Positions 1 to 11,119 of a stretch of DNA of 64,000 nt are shown in pieces. The DNA comes from Limnochordia bacterium (GTDB taxonomy: Bacteria > Bacillota > Limnochordia > DTU080), in the NCBI GenBank assembly GCA_050951545.1, contig JBMNJG010000004.1, positions 125,406 to 189,405 of the forward strand, given 5' to 3'. The notes under the pieces were generated by a model. It was not told the DNA's origin, made no database searches, and saw nothing but the letters and a program-made list of their open reading frames with translations. Every line of letters begins with the position of its first letter. The stretch's first letter is position 1. The position numbers were made by a program, and so were the translations under genes.

Positions 1-581
1 TGCTGCCAGAGCTCCGTCATAAAGGGGATCATTGTCCAATTGACCGTGGCGATGAGTCTGGTTCGCGAGAACAGTTCGATCAACTGAGGCAGAGGGATGG
101 CCGCCAGAAGGTTCTCCCAGTTGATATCCTTAATAGTCTCGAGCTTTCCTAACATGACCTTACCATCGCTGAACTCCAGGGCGTCGGTGTGTCCAGGATC
201 GGCGATAGAGATGACCCGGGCCTTTAGAGCCAACTCCCTAAAGACTGGATGCAAGGGTTGGCCAACGGCACCAATGTACGTAATATCCAGGCCCAGTGCG
301 GCCAGGGCGTTGGCCATAATGGGGCCGTTGCCTCCCAGTTTGACTGCTTTGGGGACGAGCTCGATGTTAGTGGAAAGCCCTGCAGCTTTTGTGATCCTTT
401 CGCCAAGCTCTGCGATGGTGCCAATCTTGGTGTAGGTGTCGGGTGAAGTGCGCTTGTCGACTGCTTCAATGATCTCATCAACGAACCCGTCAAACCCAAT
501 CACAGCTTGGGTCCCAGCTATCTGCGCGCTGCTTAGAGCATCTTTGGCGCGCTGTATCGCGTTCGATATTTCTACAGTCAT
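1..581 (-). CDS. ADP-dependent sugar kinase family protein (ADP-PFK/GK-like), partial; 5' end in window, 3' end beyond position 1
   Basis: Minus-strand translation from ATG at 581 reads MTVEISNAIQRAKDAL...KLGGNGPIMANALAALG. The GGNxxIMAN motif matches the second homolog at 34636. RBS AAGGAGGG lies upstream (revcomp of 586-596). Confidence 0.5.
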   Translation of the reverse strand, partial: MTVEISNAIQRAKDALSSAQIAGTQAVIGFDGFVDEIIEAVDKRTSPDTYTKIGTIAELGERITKAAGLSTNIELVPKAVKLGGNGPIMANALAALGLDITYIGAVGQPLHPVFRELALKARVISIADPGHTDALEFSDGKVMLGKLETIKDINWENLLAAIPLPQLIELFSRTRLIATVNWTMIPFMTELWQ

Positions 582-799
582 GGCAGTCCCTCCTTGAATG
601 GTTTCCCTAGCAGATGGAGTTCGTCTGCCATGCATCTATAACCTCCCTGTGTGCATACCGAAGAGCATGAAGTGTGGGCCAACGGCAAACACTTCGGATG
701 CACAGACAGGCGTATGCTCTTTGACACTGCTGGAGCGGTGTGGTAACCTACAGTGAAAATGACACGGCATCCTTTTACAGGCAGGGGGATATTGTATCG

Positions 800-2584
800 A
801 TGACGTCCAACACGAAGCTCCTTCAATGGGTCAAGAAGATGGCAGAACTCTGCCAGCCAGACGCCGTTTACTGGTGCAATGGATCACAGCAGGAGTATGA
901 CGACCTCTGCGATCTCATGGTCGCTCAGGGTACGTTTGTGAGGCTCAATGAACAGAAACGTCCCGGTAGCTTCCTGTGCCGTTCTCATCCGGATGATGTG
1001 GCGCGCGTAGAAGACAGAACGTTCATCTGTACCCGCCGTCGTGAAGATGCTGGTCCAACGAATAACTGGGTAGACCCTGTGGAGATGAAGACGACCCTGA
1101 AGGGGCTGTTTAGAGGCTCCATGCGAGGGCGGACCATGTATGTGATTCCGTTTAGCATGGGGCCCTTGGGTTCTGACATTTCGCACATTGGGGTAGAGCT
1201 GACGGATTCCCCGTATGTGGTGGCCAACATGCGCATCATGACGCGTATGGGGCAGGCTGTCCTTGACGTATTGGGCCCAGATGGCGATTTCGTGCCCTGC
1301 CTGCATTCTGTAGGTGCGCCGTTGCAGCCGGGTGAGAAGGACGTCCCCTGGCCGTGCAATCCGGAGCACAAGTATATTGTCCATTTTCCCGAGGAGAAGA
1401 GCATTTGGTCCTATGGCAGTGGTTATGGGGGCAATGCTCTCTTGGGTAAGAAGTGTTTTGCGCTGCGCATAGCATCTTATATGGCGCGGGAACAGGGCTG
1501 GCTGGCTGAGCACATGCTTATTGTGGGTTTTGAGTCGCCCGAGGGCGAAAAGACTTATGTGGCCGCTGCCTTTCCCAGCGCGTGTGGCAAGACCAATCTG
1601 GCCATGCTCATCCCGCCTGCGCATCTCGAGGGCTGGAAGGTCTGGACGGTCGGCGACGACATCGCGTGGATCAAACCGGGCCAGGATGGTCGCTTATATG
1701 CCATCAATCCCGAGGCAGGTTTCTTTGGTGTGGCACCAGGGACATCCATGTCGTCTAACAGGAACGCCATGCTGTCAATCCGCGCGAACTCCATTTTCAC
1801 CAACGTAGCGCTCACTCCTGATGGGGATGTCTGGTGGGAGGGTATGAGCGAGACTCCGCCAGCGTCATGTATCGACTGGCTGGGACAGGAATGGACCCCG
1901 GACAGCGGTCGGCCAGCGGCCCATCCTAACGCTCGTTTTACCGCTCCGATCGCACAGTGCCCGGTTGTGGATCCAGCTTGGGATGACCCCCAGGGCGTGC
2001 CCATTAGTGCTTTCGTGTTCGGTGGTCGCCGTGCCAACAATGTACCCTTGGTCTTTGAGGCCTATAACTGGGGACACGGAGTCTACTTGGGGGCCACCAT
2101 GGGCTCTGAGACAACCGCAGCCGCTGCAGGTGCCGTGGGTCGGGTGCGAAGAGATCCTTTTGCCATGCTGCCGTTTGCTGGCTACCACATGGGAGATTAC
2201 TTTGCGCATTGGATCAGCATGCGCAAACGGGTGGCACACCCTCCGCGTTTTTTCCACGTCAACTGGTTCCGTAAGAATGAAGAGGGTAACATCGTGTGGC
2301 CTGGATTCGGCGAGAACATGCGCGTAATGAAGTGGATTGTCGACCGTTGCCGAGGGCGGGTCGGGGCTGTCGAAACACCGTTAGGATGGGCGCCTGAGCC
2401 CGGCGACTTTGACCTAGGTGATCTGCCGGACTTCACCGCCGAGGACCTGGCCTGGGTGCAATCTATTGATCGAGAAGACTGGAAGAGAGAAGCGCATGAA
2501 CAAGACGAGTTGTTCATCCAGCTTCATGATCGGCTACCCAAGGATCTGCTCTGTGAACGGGAGCTTCTAATATCCCGCCTCTAG
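800..2584 (+). CDS. pckG: Phosphoenolpyruvate carboxykinase (GTP)
   Basis: Carries the [13 protein letters not shown] kinase-1a motif and [21 protein letters not shown], hallmarks of GTP-PEPCK. Length is about 595 aa. The start was set at ATG 800 (MTSNTKLL) rather than the track's upstream start. Confidence 0.88.
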   Translation: MTSNTKLLQWVKKMAELCQPDAVYWCNGSQQEYDDLCDLMVAQGTFVRLNEQKRPGSFLCRSHPDDVARVEDRTFICTRRREDAGPTNNWVDPVEMKTTLKGLFRGSMRGRTMYVIPFSMGPLGSDISHIGVELTDSPYVVANMRIMTRMGQAVLDVLGPDGDFVPCLHSVGAPLQPGEKDVPWPCNPEHKYIVHFPEEKSIWSYGSGYGGNALLGKKCFALRIASYMAREQGWLAEHMLIVGFESPEGEKTYVAAAFPSACGKTNLAMLIPPAHLEGWKVWTVGDDIAWIKPGQDGRLYAINPEAGFFGVAPGTSMSSNRNAMLSIRANSIFTNVALTPDGDVWWEGMSETPPASCIDWLGQEWTPDSGRPAAHPNARFTAPIAQCPVVDPAWDDPQGVPISAFVFGGRRANNVPLVFEAYNWGHGVYLGATMGSETTAAAAGAVGRVRRDPFAMLPFAGYHMGDYFAHWISMRKRVAHPPRFFHVNWFRKNEEGNIVWPGFGENMRVMKWIVDRCRGRVGAVETPLGWAPEPGDFDLGDLPDFTAEDLAWVQSIDREDWKREAHEQDELFIQLHDRLPKDLLCERELLISRL

Positions 2585-2606
2585 GGCTGGTTGCAGGTTT
2601 CGTGTG

Positions 2607-2631
2607 GAGGGGGGCTGAGTGTGCCCCCCTC
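2607..2631. terminator. Hairpin between convergent pckG and the lipoprotein gene (9-bp GC-rich stem gaggggggc/gcccccctc, 7-nt loop)
   Basis: A perfect inverted repeat is visible in the sequence between two convergent stop codons. Confidence 0.45.
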
Positions 2632-2639
2632 TGTTGGAC

Positions 2640-3710
2640 CTACGATGCAATGTAGACGATGCTGACCACTTCTGAGCGGTTGCTCTCTTGGCCGCCCTGG
2701 TCAACAGCAGTGACAACCACCTCGAGAACCCTGCCCGCGCCCAGTTGTTTGGTCGGATGGGTGTAGAGCCTTGTCCCTGCGTCGACTTCGTGTACCAGGC
2801 CGAATTTGTCGAGCGGATCTTGCCGCAGATAGATACGGTATCCTTCGAGGTCACCCTCTGCATCTGGTACTTCAGGCCAGCTGATGTGCAGGCCGTCGCC
2901 TGTGATCGCTAGTTCCACATTGGTGGGGGCGGGTGGCGGATTGTCAATATTGCCGATGACCACGCACTCGCCAGTTACAGGATCCCACTGCAGAGAGGTT
3001 GTGCGTCCGGGCAAGATGCTTACTGTGTCCCAGTGGCTTTCATAGATCCGATCCTTGGCATAGAAGGAGTTGCTATACAGGGCGATGCTGTAGTCGTAGG
3101 TACCAGCTGGCAGCATCTTCGTCGCTGTCAGTGTACCGTCTGGCTCTTCCGTCATCGAGGTATAGCCACCTGGGTTAATGTAGAGGCGACCTTTCTGTGC
3201 TGCATGTAGTTGCGGATGAGCTTCTGGGTTCACAGTGACAGTAAGATAGCCTGGCAGAGGCCGTAGCACTAGCTCAAGCGTGGCGGTGTTGTTGGGCAAG
3301 ATGCTGACATCGCCTTCGGCTTCATAGACTGCTTCGTCAGTGTCATCACAGACGCGCAGGGCTACGTGCCACACGCCAGGAAGCAAGTCCCCGACGGTCG
3401 CTGAGGCTTGAGAATCTACCACAGGAACTTGCTGTGTGCGCTGCCTGCCATCTTTGCTTACAATGAGAGTGACCGCAGAGGCATCGGGGGATAGGTCGGG
3501 AATGGAAGACAAGTTGGCGGCAATCATGAGACGACCGGAAGCCTGTGAGTCTTCTTGGACATTACTCAGGCGGTTCACGCTTCGCATGGGCAGTAGACTG
3601 CACCCGCCAGCGAGTGCCGCTATTGCCACGACAGTTGCCGCTCTCCACACCAAGGAGCGCCATCGGCTTTTGGGTAGTTGCCCAGCTCGTAAGAGAGGAG
3701 ATGTGCTCAT
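2640..3710 (-). CDS. Putative lipoprotein with a C-terminal fibronectin-III-like domain
   Basis: The N-terminal signal peptide ends in the lipobox-like LAGGC. The C-terminus has PPPAPTNVELAITGDGLHISWPEV...YRIY (FN3-like). GGAGG RBS lies upstream. Confidence 0.5.
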   Translation of the reverse strand: MSTSPLLRAGQLPKSRWRSLVWRAATVVAIAALAGGCSLLPMRSVNRLSNVQEDSQASGRLMIAANLSSIPDLSPDASAVTLIVSKDGRQRTQQVPVVDSQASATVGDLLPGVWHVALRVCDDTDEAVYEAEGDVSILPNNTATLELVLRPLPGYLTVTVNPEAHPQLHAAQKGRLYINPGGYTSMTEEPDGTLTATKMLPAGTYDYSIALYSNSFYAKDRIYESHWDTVSILPGRTTSLQWDPVTGECVVIGNIDNPPPAPTNVELAITGDGLHISWPEVPDAEGDLEGYRIYLRQDPLDKFGLVHEVDAGTRLYTHPTKQLGAGRVLEVVVTAVDQGGQESNRSEVVSIVYIAS

Positions 3711-3966
3711 GTCCTTGGGCCTCCTATCTCCCTCCGGGTGGCCCGTATATCATAGCCTGTAAGCACCGGAGTACCAAACGCGCTAGGCACGCTTGTCGCA
3801 CCGTTTGGGCAGAACGGGCACCGGACGAGCCTTTGCCAGACTCGCTCGCACGCCCGATTCGCCTCCCAGCACAGCGGAGCGTCAGGAGTCATGGACAGAT
3901 AACTGCTTTTGCACTATGATGAGAAATGAAGCTGGAAAGCATGTTCGTTGCGGAAAGGGGAAGCGC

Positions 3967-5367
3967 ATGGCTAAGAGCCAGCTCGACCTCAGTTACGAGT
4001 ACAAGTATGGGTTTCGCGATGCGGAGAACTATGCCTTTAAGAGCCAGAAGGGCTTGAGCAAGGAGATCGTGGCTCAGATATCAGAGATGAAAGGCGAGCC
4101 AGCGTGGATGCGAGAACTGCGCCTGCGCGCCTACGAAATATTCGTGAGCAGACCCATGCCCACCTGGGGTGCCGATCTATCAGGGGTCGACTTCCAAGAC
4201 ATCTTCTACTACGTGCGGGCTAGCGAAAGGCCTGGTCAGACGTGGGATGAGGTTCCTACGGAAATCAAGAACACGTTTGATCGCCTCGGTATTCCCGAGG
4301 CTGAGCGCAAGTTTCTGGCAGGGGTTTCTGCTCAATATGAGTCAGAGGTGGTCTACCAGAGTATTCACAGCGATCTGAAGCGGCAGGGAGTCATCTTCTG
4401 TGATACGGACACGGCCCTGCGCGAGCATCCGGAGTTGTTCCGTGAGCACTTCGGTACAGTGGTACCACCTACCGACAACAAGTTCGCAGCGCTGAACTCT
4501 GCAGTATGGAGCGGCGGCAGCTTTATCTGGGTTCCGGAGGGGGTCAGCGTGGATATTCCATTGCAGGCTTACTTCCGTATCAATACGGAGAACATGGGGC
4601 AGTTCGAACGAACTTTGATCATATGCGAGCCTGGCAGTTTCGTGCACTACGTAGAAGGGTGCACTGCGCCTCAGTACTCATCAAGCTCGCTTCACAGTGC
4701 TGTCGTTGAGATCATCGTCAAAAAGGGTGCTCGTTGTCGTTACAGCACGATCCAGAACTGGTCCAAGAACGTCTACAACCTCGTTACTAAGCGCGCTCAC
4801 GCTCATGAAGAGGCGACTATGGAGTGGATTGACGGCAACCTAGGCAGTCTTGTCACCATGAAGTATCCCGCTGTCTACATGTTGGGGCGCGGCGCCAAGG
4901 CAGACATCCTTTCCATCGCTCTCGCTAGTGCTGAGCAGCAGCTAGATGCGGGTGCCAAGGTAGTACACGCAGCTCCAGATACCACCTCCACGGTCGTCTC
5001 CAAGTCGATCAGCGTTGCAGGCGGGCATACCACCTATCGGGGACTCGTGCACATCGCGGGCAATGCGCAAGGCAGTAGAACCAAGGTCAACTGCGATACC
5101 CTGATTTTTGATGAAACGTCGAAATCAGACACGATTCCGCGCATCCAGGTACACAGCGACGATGTGACGATGGAGCATGAGGCTACAGTGTCAAAGGTAA
5201 GCGAGGAGCAGCTATTCTATCTCCAGAGCAGGGGCTTGAGCGAAGAGCAGGCTACCATGATGATCGTGATGGGTTTCATCGAACCATTCGCCAAGGAGCT
5301 GCCCATGGAGTATGCAGTAGAGCTCAACCGTCTCATTCAACTCGAGATGGAAGGTTCGGTGGGCTGA
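3967..5367 (+). CDS. sufB: Fe-S cluster assembly protein SufB
   Basis: Opens [18 protein letters not shown]... and is SufB-like throughout. The start was reset to ATG 3967 (the track ORF begins at 3793). Confidence 0.85.
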   Translation: MAKSQLDLSYEYKYGFRDAENYAFKSQKGLSKEIVAQISEMKGEPAWMRELRLRAYEIFVSRPMPTWGADLSGVDFQDIFYYVRASERPGQTWDEVPTEIKNTFDRLGIPEAERKFLAGVSAQYESEVVYQSIHSDLKRQGVIFCDTDTALREHPELFREHFGTVVPPTDNKFAALNSAVWSGGSFIWVPEGVSVDIPLQAYFRINTENMGQFERTLIICEPGSFVHYVEGCTAPQYSSSSLHSAVVEIIVKKGARCRYSTIQNWSKNVYNLVTKRAHAHEEATMEWIDGNLGSLVTMKYPAVYMLGRGAKADILSIALASAEQQLDAGAKVVHAAPDTTSTVVSKSISVAGGHTTYRGLVHIAGNAQGSRTKVNCDTLIFDETSKSDTIPRIQVHSDDVTMEHEATVSKVSEEQLFYLQSRGLSEEQATMMIVMGFIEPFAKELPMEYAVELNRLIQLEMEGSVG

Positions 5368-5389
5368 GAAGCGGGGAGGTTCCCGTGAG

Positions 5390-6484
5390 TTGCGCAGGTG
5401 GGGTACAAAGCTGTTCCTGGCACTATCGGTTCTTGTTTTTGCCCTTGATCTCTTTCTGCGTGGTGCCCTTCTGGAGTGGGGTGCTAAGTCTCCAGCGATC
5501 TGGGCAGGGGAGTACCATCGGCTGTTCAGCGCCACTTTCTTGCACGCTGATCTTCGTCATCTTCTGTTTAACATGTATGCTCTGTTTGTGTTCGGCAGTG
5601 TTGTGGAGAACCTCGTAGGCTCCGTTCGGTTCTGCATAGTATTCCTGCTGGGAGGGGCTGCAGGTTACGTAGCTAGTCTACTCGTGCAGCCCCAGTCGTT
5701 GGCTGTCGGAGCCTCCGCAGCCATTTTTGGTCTCATTGGCTATACAGTACATTTTCGCCTGCGGCGGTTGCCCAAGCGATACATGCGTATCGATACTGAG
5801 TTGCTTCAGATTCTGGGACTCAATCTTCTCATTGGTCTCCTAGTGCCGCGCATCGATCAGATCGCGCATGTAGGGGGCTTCTTGGGTGGGGCCTTGGCTG
5901 GTTCGCTGGTCGGGCTACCCAGCCCGGAGGGCCAGAGAAGCCCGACCAGCATTGAGAGGGCTATGGGCCTGCTGCCATTTGCCCTCATGGCAGCATTGGT
6001 GCTCAGCCCAGAGTGGGTCTTGACTACAACGCGGGCCATTTCGCCAGATGTCGGGGCGTATGTAGATCGTCGCTATGGTCCGTATATCCAGCCTCTGCGA
6101 GCCGATGCACAGATACTGATGTGGATCTACAGCGACGGGCGTGAGGGGGGTTGGCAGCCAGTGGACAAGGTGTTGCAGATTGATACGCGGCGGCCCGCAC
6201 AACTAGCTTTATTCTGGCGGTGGGAAAAGGGCCGCGGCGCGACCACGGCGGGGTTCCCCTACGTTGTCCATTGGGAACGTCTGGACCCCAGCGGGCAGGT
6301 AACGGCTTATCATATGGAGACGGGCACCGCCTATGCACCGGATCCGGACCCCACTCTGATCTATGCCAGGAGCAGCATGCCAGTTGCCATTGGGCGCTGG
6401 CAGGTGCGACTCGTGGTCGATGGTCGTGAGGTTTGGAGGCAGCGCTGTGATGTGGTGGAGGAAGGGAGAAGAGCAGAAGGATGA
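5390..6484 (+). CDS. Rhomboid-family intramembrane serine protease with a long C-terminal extracytoplasmic extension
   Basis: GASAAIFGL (GxSG) and the HVGGFLGGALAG histidine-bearing TM segment are present. Likely TTG start with GGGGAGG RBS. Confidence 0.7.
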   Translation: MRRWGTKLFLALSVLVFALDLFLRGALLEWGAKSPAIWAGEYHRLFSATFLHADLRHLLFNMYALFVFGSVVENLVGSVRFCIVFLLGGAAGYVASLLVQPQSLAVGASAAIFGLIGYTVHFRLRRLPKRYMRIDTELLQILGLNLLIGLLVPRIDQIAHVGGFLGGALAGSLVGLPSPEGQRSPTSIERAMGLLPFALMAALVLSPEWVLTTTRAISPDVGAYVDRRYGPYIQPLRADAQILMWIYSDGREGGWQPVDKVLQIDTRRPAQLALFWRWEKGRGATTAGFPYVVHWERLDPSGQVTAYHMETGTAYAPDPDPTLIYARSSMPVAIGRWQVRLVVDGREVWRQRCDVVEEGRRAEG

Positions 6485-7329
6485 GTCAAGTGGTCTATTT
6501 GAACGGATCGTTTGTGCCCTATGCAGAAGCAGTAGTTCCCATAGAGGATCGCGGTTTTGTCTTCGCGGATGGCGTCTACGAAGCGGTTCGCTTCTACGGA
6601 GGGAAGCCTTTTGCGTTGGATGAGCATCTCGCTCGCTTGGAGCGTAGTGCGGCAGCTATCGACCTCGAGCTACCTGCTGTGGAAGAGCTTGCCATGGCCA
6701 CTCGCGAGACAGTTGTGCGCAACAGATGCTCAGACGCTGTTGTCTATCTGCAGGTGACACGAGGTAGCGCTCCCCGCAAACATGAGTTTCCCGTACCGAG
6801 CACTACCCCCACTGTCTTCATGATCGCTCGTGAGGTTGCTCGCCCTGATGCCAAGCGGCTGGCTGCAGGCGTAGCCTGTATCACGGTTCCAGACATACGT
6901 TGGCATCGGTGCAACATCAAGTCGATTGCTCTGCTGCCGAATGTGCTCGCTAAGCAACAGGCGGCCGAGGCTGGTGCGGCTGAGGCGGTTTTAGTGCGTG
7001 ACGGAGTCGTGACTGAGGGGGGGAGCTCCAATTTCTTCCTCGTCCGCGATAGCTGCCTGTTCACACATCCGGCTGATGAGCATATCCTCGCGGGGATCAC
7101 CCGCGGTATCGTGCTTTCCTTGGCTCGCGAGCTGCGGATCGAGGTACGAGAAGAGAAGTTCGGTCTTTCAGAAGTGGAAACGGCCAATGAGGCCTTTATT
7201 TCCAGTACGGGCATTGAGATCTTGCCTGTCACGACCATAGATGACAGGCGTGTGGGATGCGGGCTTCCGGGCCCCGTGACTATGCGCCTTTGGCAAGCAT
7301 ACGATGCACGAATTGCTCAGCTGTCATAG
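6481..7329 (+). CDS. Class IV aminotransferase (D-amino-acid or branched-chain aminotransferase family)
   Basis: Opens MSQVVYLNGSFVPYAEAVVPIEDRGFVFADGVYEAVRFYGG, typical of fold-type IV PLP enzymes. ATGA overlap with the upstream gene. Confidence 0.72.
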   Translation: MSQVVYLNGSFVPYAEAVVPIEDRGFVFADGVYEAVRFYGGKPFALDEHLARLERSAAAIDLELPAVEELAMATRETVVRNRCSDAVVYLQVTRGSAPRKHEFPVPSTTPTVFMIAREVARPDAKRLAAGVACITVPDIRWHRCNIKSIALLPNVLAKQQAAEAGAAEAVLVRDGVVTEGGSSNFFLVRDSCLFTHPADEHILAGITRGIVLSLARELRIEVREEKFGLSEVETANEAFISSTGIEILPVTTIDDRRVGCGLPGPVTMRLWQAYDARIAQLS

Positions 7330-7391
7330 ATCACAGGGGGCGAGCTCGTATGAGACTCGCCCCACAGTCGCTCCTCATAACACAGTCGACG

Positions 7392-8231
7392 TCAGTGCGT
7401 GAGTTGCAGCCTGAGGCTCAGATCAAGGACGGGCGCTGAGTGTGTAAGCCAGCCCATCGAGATAATATCAACGCCCGTGGCAGCCACCGTGGCGATGTGC
7501 TCGATTCGGATGTTTCCGGAGGCTTCAACGAGGGCTCGGCGGTCGATCCTGATGACAGCTTCGCGCATGGTCTCGGGATCCATGTTGTCCAACATGATGG
7601 TGTCTACGCGGGCTGCCAGTGCCTCATCCACCTGAGCAAGGGTCTCCACCTCGACTTCGATCTTCACCAAATGGCCAATTCGCTCGCGTACTCGTCGGAC
7701 TGCTTCGCTGATACCGCCTGCTACGGCCAGATGGTTGTCCTTGATCAGCACTGCATCGTCGAGCCCGAGACGGTGGTTGAAGCCACCGCCCACGCGCACC
7801 GCGTATTTCTCAAGGGCTCGTAGGCCTGGGGTGGTCTTACGTGTGTCTACGATGCGGGTGGCATAGGGGGCAACGGCCTCTACTGCCAATGCCGTTGCAC
7901 TAGCGATACCAGAGAGGCGCTGGAGGAAATTCAGGGCCACGCGCTCGCCCAAAAGAACGCTCGCCGCTGGGCCCCGCAGGTGAAGCACTGTATCTCCGGG
8001 CTTCACGTCGGTGCCATCCGGAGCGTCGACGGTCATCTCCACGTTGGGTTCCAGCAGTTGAAAGGTCAGCATAGCTACTTCAATGCCAGCGATTCGTCCA
8101 GCCGCTTTGGCGACGATCTTGCCTCTTGCTTCGCTGCTCGATGGCACAATCGCTTCGGTAGTTAGATCGCCGTATCCGATGTCCTCATGAAGGCTACGGC
8201 GGACCGTTTCTTCAAGCCAGATGGGATTCAC
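7392..8231 (-). CDS. nadC: Nicotinate-nucleotide pyrophosphorylase (quinolinate phosphoribosyltransferase)
   Basis: Full-length similarity pattern to NadC. Sits immediately downstream of nadB on the same strand. Confidence 0.85.
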   Translation of the reverse strand: MNPIWLEETVRRSLHEDIGYGDLTTEAIVPSSSEARGKIVAKAAGRIAGIEVAMLTFQLLEPNVEMTVDAPDGTDVKPGDTVLHLRGPAASVLLGERVALNFLQRLSGIASATALAVEAVAPYATRIVDTRKTTPGLRALEKYAVRVGGGFNHRLGLDDAVLIKDNHLAVAGGISEAVRRVRERIGHLVKIEVEVETLAQVDEALAARVDTIMLDNMDPETMREAVIRIDRRALVEASGNIRIEHIATVAATGVDIISMGWLTHSAPVLDLSLRLQLTH

Positions 8232-8263
8232 GTGCTTGCTCCTTTGCAGTATCTTTCCTCCGT

Positions 8264-9862
8264 TTACGATAAAGGCGAGGCATGCTCCAAAGGACCATCC
8301 GTGAACGAGATAACAAACACCCCGTCACGGTTGGTCGCGACACGCCGTTGCGCCCACCATGTCTGTTCAGAAGGGAAGTCCTTTCGGTAGTGGCCTCCTC
8401 GGCTCTCCTCGCGGGTAGCGGCTGCGTTGACGATCGCTTCTGCCACCTGCAGCATATTACATGCTGGATGCGTATGCGCAGCGTCTGTTGACGCGAGAAG
8501 AGCGAGCTCTTCTTTCGCCTTGGTAAGGCCGGGGGAACTGCGTTCAATTCCGGCCCTGTCCCACATAAGCTCCTGTAGGCGCTGGACGAGCTGATCGCTT
8601 TCGGGGGCTTGCGAGGGTGGCGAAGGCTGGGACATAGGACCAGCGGGCCTAGCCTTGGCACTTACGTGTGGAGTCAGAGGAGGCATGCCTTCTATCGCTG
8701 ACGCTACGCGTGCCGCGAAGACCATCCCTTCCAGGAGTGAGTTGCTGGCCAGGCGGTTAGCGCCATGAACTCCAGTGCACGCAACTTCACCGCAGGCGAA
8801 GAGCCCGGGCACTGCCGTGGCTCCTTCGGTATCGGTCTGCACCCCTCCCATGATGAAGTGAGCAGCAGGGGCTACTGGTATCAGCTCGTGCCGCGGATCG
8901 ATCCCTCGCTCACTGCACAGACCGAAGATAGTAGGAAAGCGAGTGGCGAAGCGTTCGCCCATATGCGTAGCGTCAAGATAGACTGCGCTGCCTCGCTGCA
9001 TCTGCTCGAAAATGGCGCGGGCGACCACATCCCGTGGCGCCAGCTCTTGCCAGGGATGAATGGCGGACATGAAACGCTGGCCCTGTGCATTGAGTAGACG
9101 GGCGCCCTCGCCTCGTACAGCTTCGGAAATCAGAGGCATCGGGTTGGCATCTGTGGCTAGTGCCGTAGGGTGAAACTGCACGAACTCCATGTCTAGCAGT
9201 CGGGCTCCCGCTCTGATAGCCATGGCCTGACCATCACCAGTGGCCACAGTGGGATTGGTCGTATAGCGGTACAGCTGCCCGCAACCGCCTGAGGCCAGTA
9301 CCGTGGCTCGGGCAAGACACCAGGAAAGCTCTCCGGACTCCGCGAGCAAGGCAGCACCAACACAGCGACCGCCACTGACGAGCAACTCAAGAGCCAGGCA
9401 TCGCTCAACAATCGTCAGGTTGGGTGTGCGTCTAGCGTGGTCAGCCAGTGACTCTGTGAGTTCGGCGCCTGTGGCATCGCCTCGGGCGTGAACAATGCGT
9501 CGATGGCTGTGTGCAGCTTCCCTGCCCAAGACAAGCTCCCCTGATGGCGAACGATCAAAATGGGTTCCCAGAGATATCAGGTCAAGTATGCGCTGGGGAC
9601 CTTCGGTCACCAACACGGCCACCGCTTCCTCTAGACAAAGACCAGCGCCAGCCTGCAACGTATCATAGAGGTGCGCCTGTGGGGAATCCGACTCGCTGAT
9701 GGCGGCAGCGATACCACCCTGAGCGTACCATGTGTTGCTCTCAAGCAGCCGGCCTTTGGTGACGAGGGTCACCGAACCATGTGCTGCGGCTCGGATGGCC
9801 GTGTAGAGACCAGCTACACCACTACCGATAATAAGGAAATCAGTTTTCCGATGCTCTGTCAT
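8264..9862 (-). CDS. nadB: L-aspartate oxidase
   Basis: N-terminal FAD-binding DFLIIGSGVAGLYTAIRAA. Succinate dehydrogenase/fumarate reductase flavoprotein-like throughout. Confidence 0.88.
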   Translation of the reverse strand: MTEHRKTDFLIIGSGVAGLYTAIRAAAHGSVTLVTKGRLLESNTWYAQGGIAAAISESDSPQAHLYDTLQAGAGLCLEEAVAVLVTEGPQRILDLISLGTHFDRSPSGELVLGREAAHSHRRIVHARGDATGAELTESLADHARRTPNLTIVERCLALELLVSGGRCVGAALLAESGELSWCLARATVLASGGCGQLYRYTTNPTVATGDGQAMAIRAGARLLDMEFVQFHPTALATDANPMPLISEAVRGEGARLLNAQGQRFMSAIHPWQELAPRDVVARAIFEQMQRGSAVYLDATHMGERFATRFPTIFGLCSERGIDPRHELIPVAPAAHFIMGGVQTDTEGATAVPGLFACGEVACTGVHGANRLASNSLLEGMVFAARVASAIEGMPPLTPHVSAKARPAGPMSQPSPPSQAPESDQLVQRLQELMWDRAGIERSSPGLTKAKEELALLASTDAAHTHPACNMLQVAEAIVNAAATREESRGGHYRKDFPSEQTWWAQRRVATNRDGVFVISFTDGPLEHASPLS

Positions 9863-9957
9863 GCCGCTAGAATCAGTCCTATCTAAAGGGAGCGCGAATG
9901 GCGAGCTGTCTAGGGCGACGGGCCGGGGTGTGTGCCGCGGCCCATCGTATGCTGATG

Positions 9958-11007
9958 CTAGAGATTAGCGCAGATCAGGTCGCCGATTTCGCTCGTAGAG
10001 TATCCCATGCGGCCCGCCGCCATGCTGTCTAGCATGGGGCAGACCTTCGCTATGGCCTGCTCAACGGCTGTCCCTGCTTCGCTGTTGCCCAGCGCGTCCA
10101 GCATCATCGAGACCGCGGAAATGGCCGCCAATGGGTTGATCACATTCCTGCCTGTGTACTTCGGCGCGGAGCCACCAATGGGCTCGAACATCGATACACC
10201 TTCAGGGTTGATGTTGCCACCTGCGGCGATGCCCATGCCTCCCTGAATGATTGCCCCAAGATCCGTAATGATATCGCCGAACATGTTATCCGTGACAATG
10301 CAGTCGAACCACTCGGGGTTTTTCACCATCCACATGACGGTGGCGTCTACGTGAGCGTAATCGCGTTGGATGTCGGGGTACTCCGTAGAGCCCAGTTCGT
10401 GAAAAGTCCGTTCCCACAGGTCAAAGGCAAAGGTGAGTACATTAGTCTTGCCGCATAGGGTGAGCTTCCGCTGTCTGTTGCGCTTGCGGGCGAGCTCAAA
10501 GGCGTAGCGCAGGCAACGCTCAACACCTCGCCGTGTGTTCACAGACTCCTGTATGGCCACCTCATCGGGTGTTCCGCGCCGTAGAAATCCACCTGCACCA
10601 GTGTAGAGACCTTCGGTATTTTCGCGGACGACCATGAAGTCGATCTCAGCGGGACCTTTGTCTTTTAGGGGGGTCTCTACGCCTGGGTAGAGCTTTACAG
10701 GACGCAGGTTGATGTACTGGTCCAACTCAAAACGGAGGCGCAGCAAAATCCCCTTTTCCAAGACACCAGGCTTAACCTCTGGGTGCCCGATGGCACCAAG
10801 ATAGATGGCATCAAACTGCCGCAACTCGTCCACCGCTGAGTCAGGAAGAACTTCGCCGGTACGTAGGTAGCGTTCGCCGCCAAAATCGTAGGTCACCGTT
10901 TCGTAGCGGAAGCCGTACTTGGCAGCCACCGCTTCGAGTACTTTCAATCCCTCGCGAACCACTTCCGGGCCGGTTCCGTCGCCCCCAATAACTGCGATCC
11001 TGTACAT
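9958..11007 (-). CDS. Isocitrate/isopropylmalate dehydrogenase family protein (LeuB/tartrate dehydrogenase-like)
   Basis: Opens [17 protein letters not shown]..., with [10 protein letters not shown] and ENTEGLYTG motifs. 349 aa. Confidence 0.75.
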   Translation of the reverse strand: MYRIAVIGGDGTGPEVVREGLKVLEAVAAKYGFRYETVTYDFGGERYLRTGEVLPDSAVDELRQFDAIYLGAIGHPEVKPGVLEKGILLRLRFELDQYINLRPVKLYPGVETPLKDKGPAEIDFMVVRENTEGLYTGAGGFLRRGTPDEVAIQESVNTRRGVERCLRYAFELARKRNRQRKLTLCGKTNVLTFAFDLWERTFHELGSTEYPDIQRDYAHVDATVMWMVKNPEWFDCIVTDNMFGDIITDLGAIIQGGMGIAAGGNINPEGVSMFEPIGGSAPKYTGRNVINPLAAISAVSMMLDALGNSEAGTAVEQAIAKVCPMLDSMAAGRMGYSTSEIGDLICANL

Positions 11008-11119
11008 GGACAGCCTCCCCAGTGAATCGTGTCACGCTGTGCGGGCACTTGAAGAATCAAGCTTCGTTGACGTCGCCTTTTCTCCTGCCAGGAGCATGCT
11101 TCTCACGCTGTATACAAGC

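Noticed and set aside
97-499. Plus-strand ORFs 97-435 and 249-446 and minus ORF 224-499 at the window start
   Set aside because: They overlap the minus-strand ADP-kinase-family gene (1-581), which has a coherent domain pattern and RBS. These ORFs have low-complexity composition.
3793-3966. Long N-terminal extensions in track ORFs: sufB 3793, metY 37338, Gfo 21868, folB 49559, SRAP 58204, hydrolase 12403
   Set aside because: Homolog-length reasoning and strong RBSs before internal ATGs indicate shorter true genes. The extensions cover promoters, a riboswitch or a palindrome.
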